Shown here piece after piece: positions 25,268-38,400 of a stretch of 64,000 nt of DNA. The stretch lies in NCBI GenBank assembly GCA_002633005.1, contig NMRA01001016.1:1-64000 (forward strand), in the 5' to 3' direction. A program made the position numbers and the translations under genes. This DNA is from Phoronis australis. Taxonomy: Eukaryota; Animalia; Phoronida. Each line of letters begins with the position of its first letter. The first letter of the stretch is position 1. The notes under the pieces were generated by a model, which searched no databases, was not told the origin of the DNA, and was given only the letters and a program-made list of their open reading frames with translations.

Positions 25268-28200
25268 GTGAGTTTTCTGGTTAATGGTGTGTATTCTGAA
25301 GTAAAGAACTGTGATGCGTGGAGCCAAAAAACTGCAAGGATGTTTGCGCTTGAGATTGAAATGTTTTCTGCGCCCACATACGTGGGCATGGGTGCATATT
25401 ATAGTTATTCCCGTTCAGCGTCCGCAGTTACTTCATTTAAACCCCTCGGAGGATCTTCGTTGAATTTGGAAGGTTTGTTATGGACATATCATGTAACCGA
25501 CAATTTGGGGATGGTTCCTGCACGCAATGTGCCTTCAAATGGTATTCATAGCATTTTGTCGTAAGTTTTTGGCACCCGACTTTAAATCTGACAAACGGTT
25601 TGAAGGATCATAACGATGAAATTCGAAGTACATGTTGCTGCTGGAAAAACCATAGAAACTGATGTGAACTTCCTGACCAATTCGAGTGCTTTTAGGTCTC
25701 AGTTTTGTTTGTTTAATTTTTGTGCCGGCTTTAAAATCTTCTAAGTTAGGTGAAGGACAGTCGTGAAATTTTCAGATACGTTTCTAATGGGAAGAGCAGG
25801 ACTGATATTTATTTTTGGACGGATCCAAGTACGGTTAACGACATACGTAATTTCGGTGAAGACAATATGACTGGAGATGATTTTCGAATGAATCCGAATA
25901 CTGCAATGTTCCATAGAGGCACTTTTATTTTTGGCGCCTTGCTAATAATCTACCAAGGAGCAAATTCCTTTTTTTCTCTCTACATGTTAAATACTTCGTA
26001 TTTGAAGTTAAATGAGAAAGAAAATCTGGTGTTTTGATAAACATTTGTGAACTATTACAAAAGCTTTTTTTGTAAATAAGGTCTGACATATCCTAAAGGA
26101 TAATCTTTTAAATTGATGTGCTCCAGTTAACGCGGGCACGGTTTACGTTTACCGTCGGACAGATACGAGTGTTGCTCTGCCCCCTTGTGGCAATTTCAGC
26201 GTTTTGCGTCTGCCTCTGTGTCCAATTTCGCACAGCTCCGGTATGTTCTGTGCTCCCTAGTGGCAATTCTAACTTTTTGGTGCTCATTTTTAGCAATCGC
26301 CTTTCTGATAAATGAAGCGGCTTGAAGAACTGCTGCGACATTGACGTTGATTTTTGAACAATTTTGACCATTGTTACGACCCCTTTTTGGCAGTTTCAAT
26401 TTTTGCGTCAATGTTCTTCTACAGTAGTAGATGTGACTGTTGTACCCGCATATATTTCATTGCCAACACGCAAGCCCGGTATTCAGTAAATGTTCAGGTC
26501 CTCCATTCAAATGGTCGAGCATGGAGTTGAGACGGACGCAAAGTCCTTTACACCCGCAGTCTGAGGTCGCGTTTTTACCCGATAATCGGAAAATCGGACG
26601 CTATATGAAATCAGCCAGCCAGCCAGTACAGCAAGCTTTATACTGGGAGCGAGTTTCCTTATTCGGACAGTCCGGAACAGAACACTAAAGTAGATGCTTT
26701 AGTTTTGAAATCACATTTCAAATATTCCTGTCGGTTTTGATCAATACCAAATACATCACTTGAAAGCACTTGCGGTCCTCCTGTCACTCAACAAGTTTGA
26801 TCTAAATTTTGATTTGAATTGATGTCAGCCAGACTTGAAAAAGAGGGTGCTAAACTAGAAACGGTGAATTCACGGCGCCCTTCTTTTGTTTACTTAAAAA
26901 GACACGATTTATTATTTTAGGTAAGAGAATGTACCAACACTTCAGTCATAGACATTATTTAACGATACAATACGAATTGTACCATCGAATATGTTTTTGA
27001 CTTGTTTTTGTGAGCTTAAACTTTTAGTTTTTAGTATCCAAAGAAATTTACTAATTGTTAAAACGTCTGAAGTAACGCAATCTACGACTATGGAAACCTT
27101 AACAATCAAAAACTGTTTATATTTTTATTGTCATAGATATTTGTTATTTTTTGGCTGAATTCGAAGTTATTTACCTAATCATAAAAGGAAATGCACGTTA
27201 ATTGCATTGAAACTGACGGGTGACCCAGTCTGAAGCGGCAGTGCTGTTTGAGATCAAACAATCAACATTTTTTTAAAGAGCATTGTGTAAATAATGCATA
27301 ATTTTACAATAGGGATAAACACCACAACAACACAGTTTCGTTTCTCGTCCGGTATTCCGCCCTTATGTTTACCAATGATATCTGTTCGCAGTTTTGTACC
27401 CAAGCAATGAAACTTAATCTGTTTATGCTCATCCCCCGGGCCCGGCTTCGAATTGACTGACAATGCCTAGAGGTAGTATCTCTCGTAGTGTGTCACTATA
27501 TTTAAATGTGAACTAAAAGGTGAAACGTTTAGTCTCTCATTGACATGCGCAGTTTGAAATTCAAATCGTTCCTCGTACGCTTAATGACTTCTTTCCGCCG
27601 CTTCGCAAAATGTCTTTCCGTTTTTACTTCTCATATTTATTGTGTTACGTTATCGAAGCTCATTCAGATTATTCCAAAAGTAAAGATAATAATTTATTGT
27701 CAGGTTCACTATGACCAAATGTTGACATTCTTTGGAATTTTTTGGTTAAAGTGGAAACTATACATTTTTGGAAACCACATTGAATGACAAATCAGAAAAT
27801 AGTTGATTCCATTTTTAGTTGGCCATCTTGACGGCCATCTTGGATTTTCAAACATGGCGCCGCTAAAATAGATTTTGCCCAATGTATCCGCCCTTGGGTC
27901 ACTAAGAATGTTAGTTTTTATGGCTACACCTGCAGTTAGTGGGGTCAATGAATTGGAAATTGTTAGTAGTTTTATTGGCGGCCATCTTCGCAGCCATCTT
28001 GGAATTTCAAAAATGGTGCCCCTTTTTAGACATTTTGCGCAGTATCTCTACTCCTTGGTCACTTAGAATGTTAGTTTTAATGGCCGCACCCACTTTTTTG
28101 GGAAAAGGAATTGAAAAACACTTTCTATATGATTTTTAATAGCAGCTACGAACCCCCAAAATATGTAAAGGAATCACAAAAACGTAGATTAAGCTTCATT

Positions 28201-31200
28201 TACAGTAACTGTCTTTTTGAAAAGACATTTGAGACATATCTTTTGAAGATTTTGATATTATTTCCACTATTTACTTTGGAATCCAGCTCTCCTCTACTCA
28301 ATGAAACACATTTTGCCTTTGATAGTCCGATGGCAGATAATTTTGGCAGTAACTAGGCTGAGGATCAATGGTGAGAGCAACAGGAGTTGTAGCCTGCCCG
28401 TAGCCTGCTTGGCCTGCTACAACTCACTGATCCCTACAAGCCAGTCTCTCACTGAGTTTGATGTCTTATCACTTCTTCCAGAGGTGACCCATGATTGGTC
28501 CACCTTGTTAACAGTTGTTATGCAGACGAGCCAGTTGAGGAGGATGTTTGTTGACGAAGCTAATCCAACTATCACTTCATGTGACATGGGTCTATACCAG
28601 AGGGTTGTGAAGCTCCTAGATACCAGAGCTGAACGTAAGCAAACAGTGAACCCAAGACTTGAAAAATTGCATGCTCTAATGGCATCTCTAAGAACTCTTC
28701 GGACGTCCATAGAGAATTCTGGCATAGATGATGCCTGGATAGAAGCCGCTGTCTTTGGCAGAGCAGATTCTACGCAGCCATGGCGGTCTAGCTGCAGTGC
28801 AGGGTCACCAGCTGTATGACACGATCATACATGCCTATGTCCCACAATAGCATGACCAAAAGATTTCTTATGTTATTGACAAGGCCAGGAACTGTACGAA
28901 GATTATGTCGCTAAGAGAGTCAATGAAGATAAGAGCCTCTGGTCATCAGTCAAAAAGCTAAACAATAAGGTTTTTATGTCAGGACACAAGAAGGCAGTCA
29001 TAAAATTCCGTGACGTCGCCCTGAATCTCAAGGAGACCATGGACGTGTATGACAGGCTGCTGGTACATGTCAAGTCAAATAAGCAAATCGATCAGAAACA
29101 TGGTATCAGCCACTATGAAATCATCCTAACACCAAGAGCAATCTTTGCTGCCAGTGGAGCAATGCTGACATGCACAAACAAGTCGAATCGAAACCTTCTG
29201 CAGAAATTTTCCGTAGAATAGGACTGTCCTCAAGCTGCAAGAGAGGTTTTAGAGCCAGAAAACATGTATACGACATCCACTGAGTGTGTTCACCCAAGCC
29301 AAAAACTGCACGTGTGGATAGTATGGAAGTGATGTTTTTAACTAGAGATTATGACGATATCATTCTGGTTTTTGACACCAACAAAGACAACCCTTTGAAA
29401 CAAGCCACAAGAGAAAAAAGGAGGCAGAGAAAGGGTCAAGTACAGTACCAGATAAGAGATGAGACTTACATGCAAAAGATCCCAATGAGCCATTTCCTCT
29501 CCCATGATCAAAAAAGGCTCAACTTACTGAATATCTGTCTGCAAAAACACTTAAATATAGCAGACGCTGCCAAGATAGCCATTACTTCAGCTTCAGGGTG
29601 CACAAAGAGCAACCGACGTGATCGACGCTTAGAAGAAAATAATCACGAAAAAGCAGATATCTTGCTAATACATCATGCAGTTTTGGCATCACATCAAAAC
29701 GTCCCTGATGTTTTTGCACCTGACACAGATTTACTGGTACTCGTCATTGCTTCTTATGACAGGCTTCTCAGAAATACTTCAGTCCCCATGGCATCTGGGA
29801 TGCAATGTGGACAACATTTGGTGCTGTACAGGCAAAGACTCTTCCGACTTTCCATGGTTTTACATGGACAGACAACACTGGTCCATTCAGTAGGTTGAAT
29901 ATATATTTTAAGGCAAACACTGATGATATCAATGCACTGCAGACTCTTTGTACTGATTATGAAGTAACAGGTCAAACTCTTTTCACATTAGCCCCCTTTT
30001 ACATGTACATAATCACCGCAGGGTATAGACACAAATAGCATCCCAGTGCTAAGATGGTACCTCTTCTGTAAACATGTAGCTGACAGCGACAAACGTCCAC
30101 CAAGGATTGGTGCTTTGAAACAGCATGTGCTGAGGGTGTTTATTCAAGGCAGCCATTGAGTTCCTTGACTCATTGCAAAATGAATTTACAAGGACAATGA
30201 TGAACAGCTTAAACCCTCACAACTGATGAGCTTCCGGCACCGGTGGCTATCATTGAGATGGTTAGAAGCCAGAGCAAAAACGTTGCTCTTCCCAAAGATA
30301 CTTTTGCCGATCAAAGGACCTACCCTACACAGATCTATGTCAGTGTAGTGCAGAATGTCAAAATGGTGATGATGATGTGATTCCTGATGACAGTGATGGC
30401 TGTGATGGCGATATTATGATCTATAAACTGATTTCAAAGTTCTGAGAGACTATATGGACACTACAAAAAACAAACTTTCATGTTCTGCAAACGTAAATAA
30501 GTTGTTTAGATACTGGTTTAGTTTAAGTGTCTTGAAGGAAACAAGCTCCGAACAAAATATACAAGAAAGTAAGATTGTGGTCATATGTGCTGGATTACAA
30601 GAAGAACGTATTTAGAAAATATGGCTGCTAATAAATGGGGTTTTGATTATGTATCACACTTAATAAGTTGCATTTTCAGATTTCTTGACCACAAAAATGT
30701 AAGTGCAGCCATTAAACCAAGCATTCTAAGTGAGCCAAGAGCAAAGATACTGAGGAAAATGCAAATTACGGGCGCCATTTTTAAAAAATCTAAGGTGGCC
30801 GCCAATAAAATTAAAATTTCCAATTCCTTGACCTGAGAAAGGCAGATGTAGCCAAAAAAACACATTGTAAGTGACCCAAAAGGGGATATATTGGGCAAAA
30901 TTCATGTTACCGGAGCCAAGATAGCCGCCAAAATGGAAACAATTATTTTCTGATTTGTCATTCCATGAGGCTTCCAAAAATGTATAGTTTTCGCTTTCCC
31001 CAAATTCCAACAAAATTACACAACAAACCTGACTATTAGGTCAACAGTATATTTTAACAGTTGGGCGTTCGTCCAGTTTTACATAATTTGACATGGGAAA
31101 TATTTGCCGAGCAAATGTGCTGTGAAACTATGCACCACTATGTAGACATGTGCACTTACAACTGGCGGGATTTCACGCCTGGCTGATGGCGGCCTTGAGT

Positions 31201-34200
31201 CGTTCTCGGGCAGTGTTTCAAACAGTGCTGCAGCGGCATTTTAGTAGTCAACATCGTCTTTGCTCTAAAAAGGTGAACAATGGGTGATACGGAGGAGCCT
31301 TACTGAGAGAGTCGGATATTTGAAGGGTGAGGGTATTCAATCACACTGTCCATAGGGGAATGACAGAGTGTAGATTTTGAACTTTTATTCATTTCGAAAT
31401 CTTTTCGCTCTGGAAAACAATGCAGTTGTTTTATTACCTTGGAAAAAAAATTCGTTCGCAACGTTGAGACTGCGATCACTGCTTCAGTTTGTTATAAATC
31501 ACTATCTGATAGAATTGGCAATTAAATTTGCTAGATTGTATTCTGTATTGCAGCTGTATCAAAGTGTTTTTGCATGGGCATGCCTACACAGTACAAGGGT
31601 ATGTCTAATGCTTCGCGTTTATTTATGTACATTTAAGCGAATTTTCACTAGACAATGCCACAATGTTCTGTTAGTTCACTCAAAAATGCACACGTGTTCG
31701 TAACCTTAAAGACAGACTGTGATATTCATACTTACAGAACTTATGTTTAAAAAATCTCATTTGTAGAAAAGGCCAAATCACAAGTGCCTCGCGTAGGAAG
31801 TTCTGGCGAAAAAATCAAGGGTATGCATGATTCTGCCAAAAGTCTGAGGAGACGAGTTGGTAAGGTAGGTATAACCGGCTTTTTCGACATATACACATGG
31901 GCACATGTTACACATCTCAAAACCATTCACGCTGCAAGCTGTCCTTAATATTTATTTGAGTTATCCTTCAGAATTAATATCTTCATCACCTCAAGCGATG
32001 TTCGTTACACTTTCGTTGACTGATTGCGTCTTTGAGCGCGATGGGAATTTGACCAAGAAATAAGGAATGATTCTCTTACCGTTCAGACCTGTATGAAAAT
32101 ATGCGCAATTCGCGAAGTTTAGTATTTGTTCCAGCATTCTTGATTTTGTAGTTTTCTGCAATGGACGAGGAGTTCTTCTATGCAGTCGAGTTCGGCGATA
32201 CTCCTACCGTGGAGCGGTTTCTGGATGAGAACCCCGACTTTGATGTGAGTCGACAGGACCTGTTGGGTCGCACCCCTCTCAGATTGGCTGTCGCCAATGA
32301 GCACTTGGAGGTAAGTGAAGGTCCCGTGTTTAGTCAAGATACGCCATGTGGTGTAGAGTTTCTGCCTCATTTTTCTGACACCCTTCTTATCTTGCACCAC
32401 AGACCTCTGTCGAGTTGCATGTGTTACACAAGATATTATCCATGAAATTGAGTACTAATTTCCTAATTGTAGACAGTAACAAAATAAACCTATTTTAAGC
32501 GATAAGTATGGAGCTCGTCATCTCAGAAACAAATAAATATGTTAACATCAAAATATCGCCACTTATCCCAAATAATCTTAAACTACCTTTCCAGTGAAAT
32601 CGATCACCATAAAACAAAAGATCTGCAACAAAGTATATGACGTCATCAGGACTGAGTAGAGTCATACAGTGCACGCAGCCTGTTTGTGCTCTTCTTGGCT
32701 TTGCTGATTGGCGAAAGACAAACACAGTAAAACGTAATATCCTGTTGAGCTTCTACATCGGTTTTAATTAATTTTGCCCTAGGTTGTTATTAATAGTAAA
32801 TGTATTGCGCTCTGCTTTAAGGTTATATCCAACCTTATTACCAAAAAAGGCCATTTTTACAATATTTCACATGTGTCTAGTAAAATACCTTATCTTCATT
32901 CTCGGGGAACTCCAGATACAAAATATATACTGCGTAGCGCGAAAAAAAATTAACAGAACCACCTTGGAACCGCACAACCGCGTGGATATCATATTTGTTT
33001 ACTACTTATCCGAGATCAAAGTTTAAAGGACTTTCAATCAAATCGAATCTCCCGCCATGTACAGAGCAGCTTCGTATCCTCTCAGTCCTTTTATTCACAA
33101 CGAGGTGTACTTATGGTAGAATGGTGCCGGGGAAAAACAAAGACAAAACGTAGTTTTGATCCTAAGGGAGTTGTGCGTCTACATGCATATGACCGTTGGC
33201 GTTGAGAACGAATGCTACGGTCGCCTCAGGCCTCTGTAGTCATGAACACAGCAAATTGTGAAAGACATAAATCCTCACCCTAATTCCTACATTCAATTAA
33301 TAAACTGTCATTTCAGTGTTTCGATCTCATGCTAACGACATGCTTTAACCACAGATCCGATTTTTGTTATCCATTTCTTACTTGGTTTCGTATCAGTCTC
33401 CCAACAAGTGACGTGTACAGGCTATGTGTATAACAATGAACTGTGACCTGTTTATATAAAAGTAGGTCAAAAGGTCGCAAAAACAGTAAGAAATAGCTGG
33501 GAACGATACGTTTTAATGATAATTAAGTTAATTACGCACAGCAAAATCAGTTGACATTGTGAGTGAATGTTGAAATAGCGAATATAACTAAGGCTTCTAT
33601 AGGTTATGTGTACCGAAAACAAGTTTTCATCGATTAATTAACCGAAGACTTTGAGATTTTCACTTGTCCCAGTTAAATCGGCTTTCTCTCGGCTTCGGCA
33701 AATCGACTTTATTTGAACTTAGGAACACTAATTCTCGAAAAAAGCTCGGTGGATTTCGCTGAAACTTTTCAAATTAAAAATTTAGTCATCAGTCTGGAAA
33801 ACGCTGTAAGGATTTTCGATATAAAGGCCATTTTTTGTAACAAAGACGAACACGACTCTTTCCGTTTTTTACAAAGATACCTTACGTTTTGCGAGTTGGT
33901 TTGTCATAGAAACCAAACAAAAGTCTAATCGAAAATTCCTAACAGGGTATTTGAGGTACTTGGTGAAGTTTCCATTTAAAAAAGTTTCATTGAAATCGAG
34001 CCAGGGGTTATTTTGCTGTGAATATACTTTTCTTAAAAATAAAATTTTGATTTAAAAAATGTTTTTACATAAAAATTATAATTGTACATTAATACAAAAA
34101 GTATTTTCATATTCCCTAATCTTTCTATAATTCTTTCAGAAAATATATACTTTTGCTTGTTGACAAAGCTTAGTTTTATGGATATACGTGTTAGAATAGA

Positions 34201-35377
34201 GGCCACTAAATAAGGTTGGAGATAAACTTAAACAATTTAATCGTTTAAACAGGAGGCACATACGATTTCAGTTTTACGTTTGTCTTTGTGCTGAACGCGT
34301 CTTCAAAGAGCCTCGTTTCTATTCGCCGTGTTTTCATGTAGTTTCGCGCAGAAGTACACGTGCATCACTTCCGCAAAATCTCCTTTCATGGACGCCTTGC
34401 CGACATCATTGTTTGATTACGATGGGATAGCTGAAAATCAATACAAATAAACTGTGTTTTGTTGATACCCATTTGAGTACATGAATGTATTTTTTCGCTG
34501 TGGACATCAGCAGCGTGCATGTCCGCCAGCTAGACTAAGTATTTTTAATTTAATTGAGAAGATTATGTGATAAATCCCACAATTCCCGACTAGTTTTGCA
34601 CCAACCTTTCTCAAGTTCCTCAAACTTCGTCCAACGAATCAAAATTACAGGCAATCCTCCGGATAGTTACTGTACATTCGTAGTGAAATTTACGTGTACA
34701 CGGATCCCACTAATGTCTCGATACCTAAGGCACTGCTCTGCTCTGTCTATGGCGTACCTCATCTGAATGTATACATAAATGCAATCTGCAATAAATCATC
34801 ACCATTATAATCTCTAATTCTACAGAAAAATGTCAATGCACATGATGTCTTTAATATCACAAACCATTGTATTTTGCAAGAGTTTAAAGTCCCCATATTT
34901 TAACAAGCCCAATTCCATGGCATTTGACTTTTAAATTTGGCTAATTCTGCAAATTGCACATAACATGAAATAGGACATATCTAAAATCAATGAAATTTGA
35001 TATCCATAATCACAACAACCGTTTTTAATCGTGACATGTTTCATGGAAGCCACACCACATCTGCAGTCGTTTAGTCTCAAATAATCAGATCAGGGCTATA
35101 CATGTATGTTAAGAAAACCAGTACAGAGTTACAACAAGAGCAAGAATGGGACTGTAGTCAGTTAGATTTGTATGAACTTGTGAATCGGAAGCAAAAACGA
35201 ACCAAAAGAAAAGTGACAAGGATTAAAGTTTCATCTGTGTATTTATAATGTTCGTCTACGTGTAAGCCACTTTTCATCACGTACATGTAGCTTAACACGG
35301 CAACCATTAGAATCAAAGGCAATAATACCAAAGCAGTGCTCACAGGATGCTAATCTGCAGGCATCATTGCGGGTGTG

Positions 35378-35441
<64 letters not shown>

Positions 35442-38400
35442 NNNNNNNNNNNNNNNNNNNNNNNNNNAGATGCTGTTAGAGAAGACTCCTTTAGAAGCCA
35501 TGTATGAAGCGCTGCTTATTGCCATAGTGATGGGGCACGAACAGATTGCTGAAGTCATCTTGAAGTCTCCCGGATATTCCGAGACTAAGAAAGACTGGAA
35601 AGAAACTTGGAGCCACGACAACGACGAATCTCCGTTCTCCTCAGACATTACTCCTCTAATCTTAGCGTCGCAATATAATCGCTACGAGGTGGTACAGTTA
35701 TTACTGATGAAGGGTCACCGCATAGAGAAACCTCACCAATACTACTGCAAATGCTCTACTTGCAAAGAGAAAATAGAATTTGATCGCTTGAGGTTTTGGA
35801 AGTACCGACTGGAAGTGTACCGAGGACTGAGCAGCGAAGCTTACATATCACTATGTAGTCGTGACCCTATTTACACAGCATTTGAACTTGGGAAGGAGTT
35901 GAGGACAGTGGCTACGATAGAAAAACATTATAAGGTTGTTTTTAGTATAGTTCTGTGCTTTCTGTTCGTAATCCTTGCCAGGTTGTTTTTGATTTCAACA
36001 AAAATATCAAGTCTAAAAATATCAAGGTTTTCCGTTAAATTAGTTTACAAGAAACACTAATTTAATTGGAAACAACTAGCACCCTTGTTGTACTCTATCA
36101 AAGCTTAACATTGTATTGGTGTCGATATCAATTAGCCATTTTTGTTTTTCTAACCCCAACTGCCATTCATACGAGACGTGTAGCACAGACATGTTTTCTA
36201 AAATCCTTATCTCCAATGTGCCGGCGTTAACCTATTTCATTAGCATTTTAGGCTAAACAGTCATGCTTTCTTATATACACAATTTCTAGGTGGAGTATTT
36301 AAAGTTAGCTGATCAGCTTAGCGACTATGTTGTAAAACTACTTGACAGAGTACGTGGCAATGCAGAACTAGAAACAATTCTAAACAAGTCGAAATATCGA
36401 AGAGGGAAACCCGATTCAGATGATGAAGGTTACGAAACTATGGCGAGGTTACGGATGGCCATAGAATTCGAGGAGAAAAAGGTACAGTGGTGTTGATGTG
36501 TTTCCTATTTTTGTTTTTGTTACCATGTAATAATAATTTTAACGTCCAGGCCTATAAGAAATGTACACATACAAGGCATTTATTAGCAATCAAACTATCC
36601 AGTACCGTTGTGTAGTCAAGGAATAACGGTCCTACCTTTTCGTTTCTAGTCAAAGACACAATAGACAAATTCTTATATACAAAAAAATGATTATTTTGTC
36701 GCATTATATTAGGTTCTAAGTCAGTTATGAGTACGAAGCAACTACATCTTTTTACCGCCAGTTTGTCGCTCACCCGACGTGCCAACAGAAGCTTGTAAGC
36801 ACGTGGTATGGAGATCTGGGTCCGTATCTTGAACGTCCAAAGTGGTACTTCCGTCTTCCACTCTTCGCCTTCATCATGTTGGTTTACCCTTTCCTTGCAG
36901 GGGTCTACCTAGTAATGCCATATTCTAAGGTCAGTAACTATTTCAACCTTATGCTTTGCCGCCCCACACTTTGTACCTTGTCGCTCACATAGGCTCATTG
37001 TGTCATCTTGGTTTCTCCGAGCGATGTTTAGTGCTTGGATGAGGCACACGTGTAACGTTGAGTGCATCTATAAAATTACACTATTGATAACACAAATCGA
37101 ATAGAGTTCACTGATCGCTTCGGCTGGAAAATTTTGGTCGCCACCTTCACCTATTCCAGTTGGTCGTATGCTCTGATGAAATTTGTTCAAGTGGTAAATT
37201 TCAATCATTTTCATTATGCGAAGATCTTGGATGTATCCACGTTTTTGTTCATTGAACTGTTCCAGTTTGCAATTTGCAGCCTCGGCTCGACGTCAAAACA
37301 TATTTCCATGGTGGACCATAAAAATACAGAACCTAACATCAAAACTAAATAATATGCAAATAGATGTACGTGCAAGACAATTTCTTGAAGTTTAAATAAA
37401 TTGGATAACATAAATGGACGAAGTGACCGGAAAGATCATCATTAGAAACAAAGCTGGAGTTACCACTGCTCACAATAATTTAAAAACATCTATATAGTGT
37501 TCAAGATATTCTTTGAAAATATTTATTTCAATTTTGTGAGCTCGCTGAGGTGGAATTTGGGGGTATTTTGCAACTTGTACATTGTTTGCTTTGGTGCAGG
37601 TTGGACGTTTAGTGAAAACGCCATGTGTGAAGTTGATTGCACAGTCAACATACTTCATCGTGTTCCTGGTTCTCCTCCTTGTATCCAGCTCGACTGAAAA
37701 GCACTCTAGCGGCCGTACCATGGACTCCGACGGATTGTGCTTCGACAGCAATCCAGTGCCAACCGTCAATACCGCCCACACAGCCATTCGTGCACACAAA
37801 CCCGAGATGGTGTACTTATTTGTGATGTGTTTTGTTGCAGGTAAAATAAAATTCATTAGTCACCGATGACCATTATACCTGCGGTGCATGCCGTAGACCC
37901 ACGCATCCTGCCAAAAAGCGAGCACACGCAAGACCACGCAAAACCCGCTTACTAGCGTACCTAGTAAACTGGAGGCCACTAGAGTGATTGGTCGGTGAGG
38001 TTGGAATGTTGCATTATGGGATAAAATTGACTGTGTCGGTTTCATAAGGTAAAATATCGCACAGGAAGTGCCTCGTCAAGTGGTTTGGTCTACGGAACGC
38101 AACCCTGAATCAGTTACTTGCATAGACTGACACTGTTCTGTTAAACATTTCTCGCCTCACACTTAATTCATAGAAGTATAGGCGCTCAAGCTGCTACCTC
38201 CGAAACTGATCTTCTTATAATGACTTGAACATGTTGACGTCTTAGAGCGCACTTCCTTCAAGACCCAATCAACATAGCGCCTGGATATTTTCATGGTAAT
38301 ATTCGCCTTTCTCAACTCCTTATTTCACGTTTTGATTCCAGGTTTATTTTACCAAGAATGCCAGCAAATTTTCCACGATGGTGTTCGAATGTATTTTTCA

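Noticed and set aside
33700-34010. Imperfect palindromic MITE-like segment in TRPC intron 3
   Set aside because: Loose inverted similarity is visible, but I could not define termini or a TSD.
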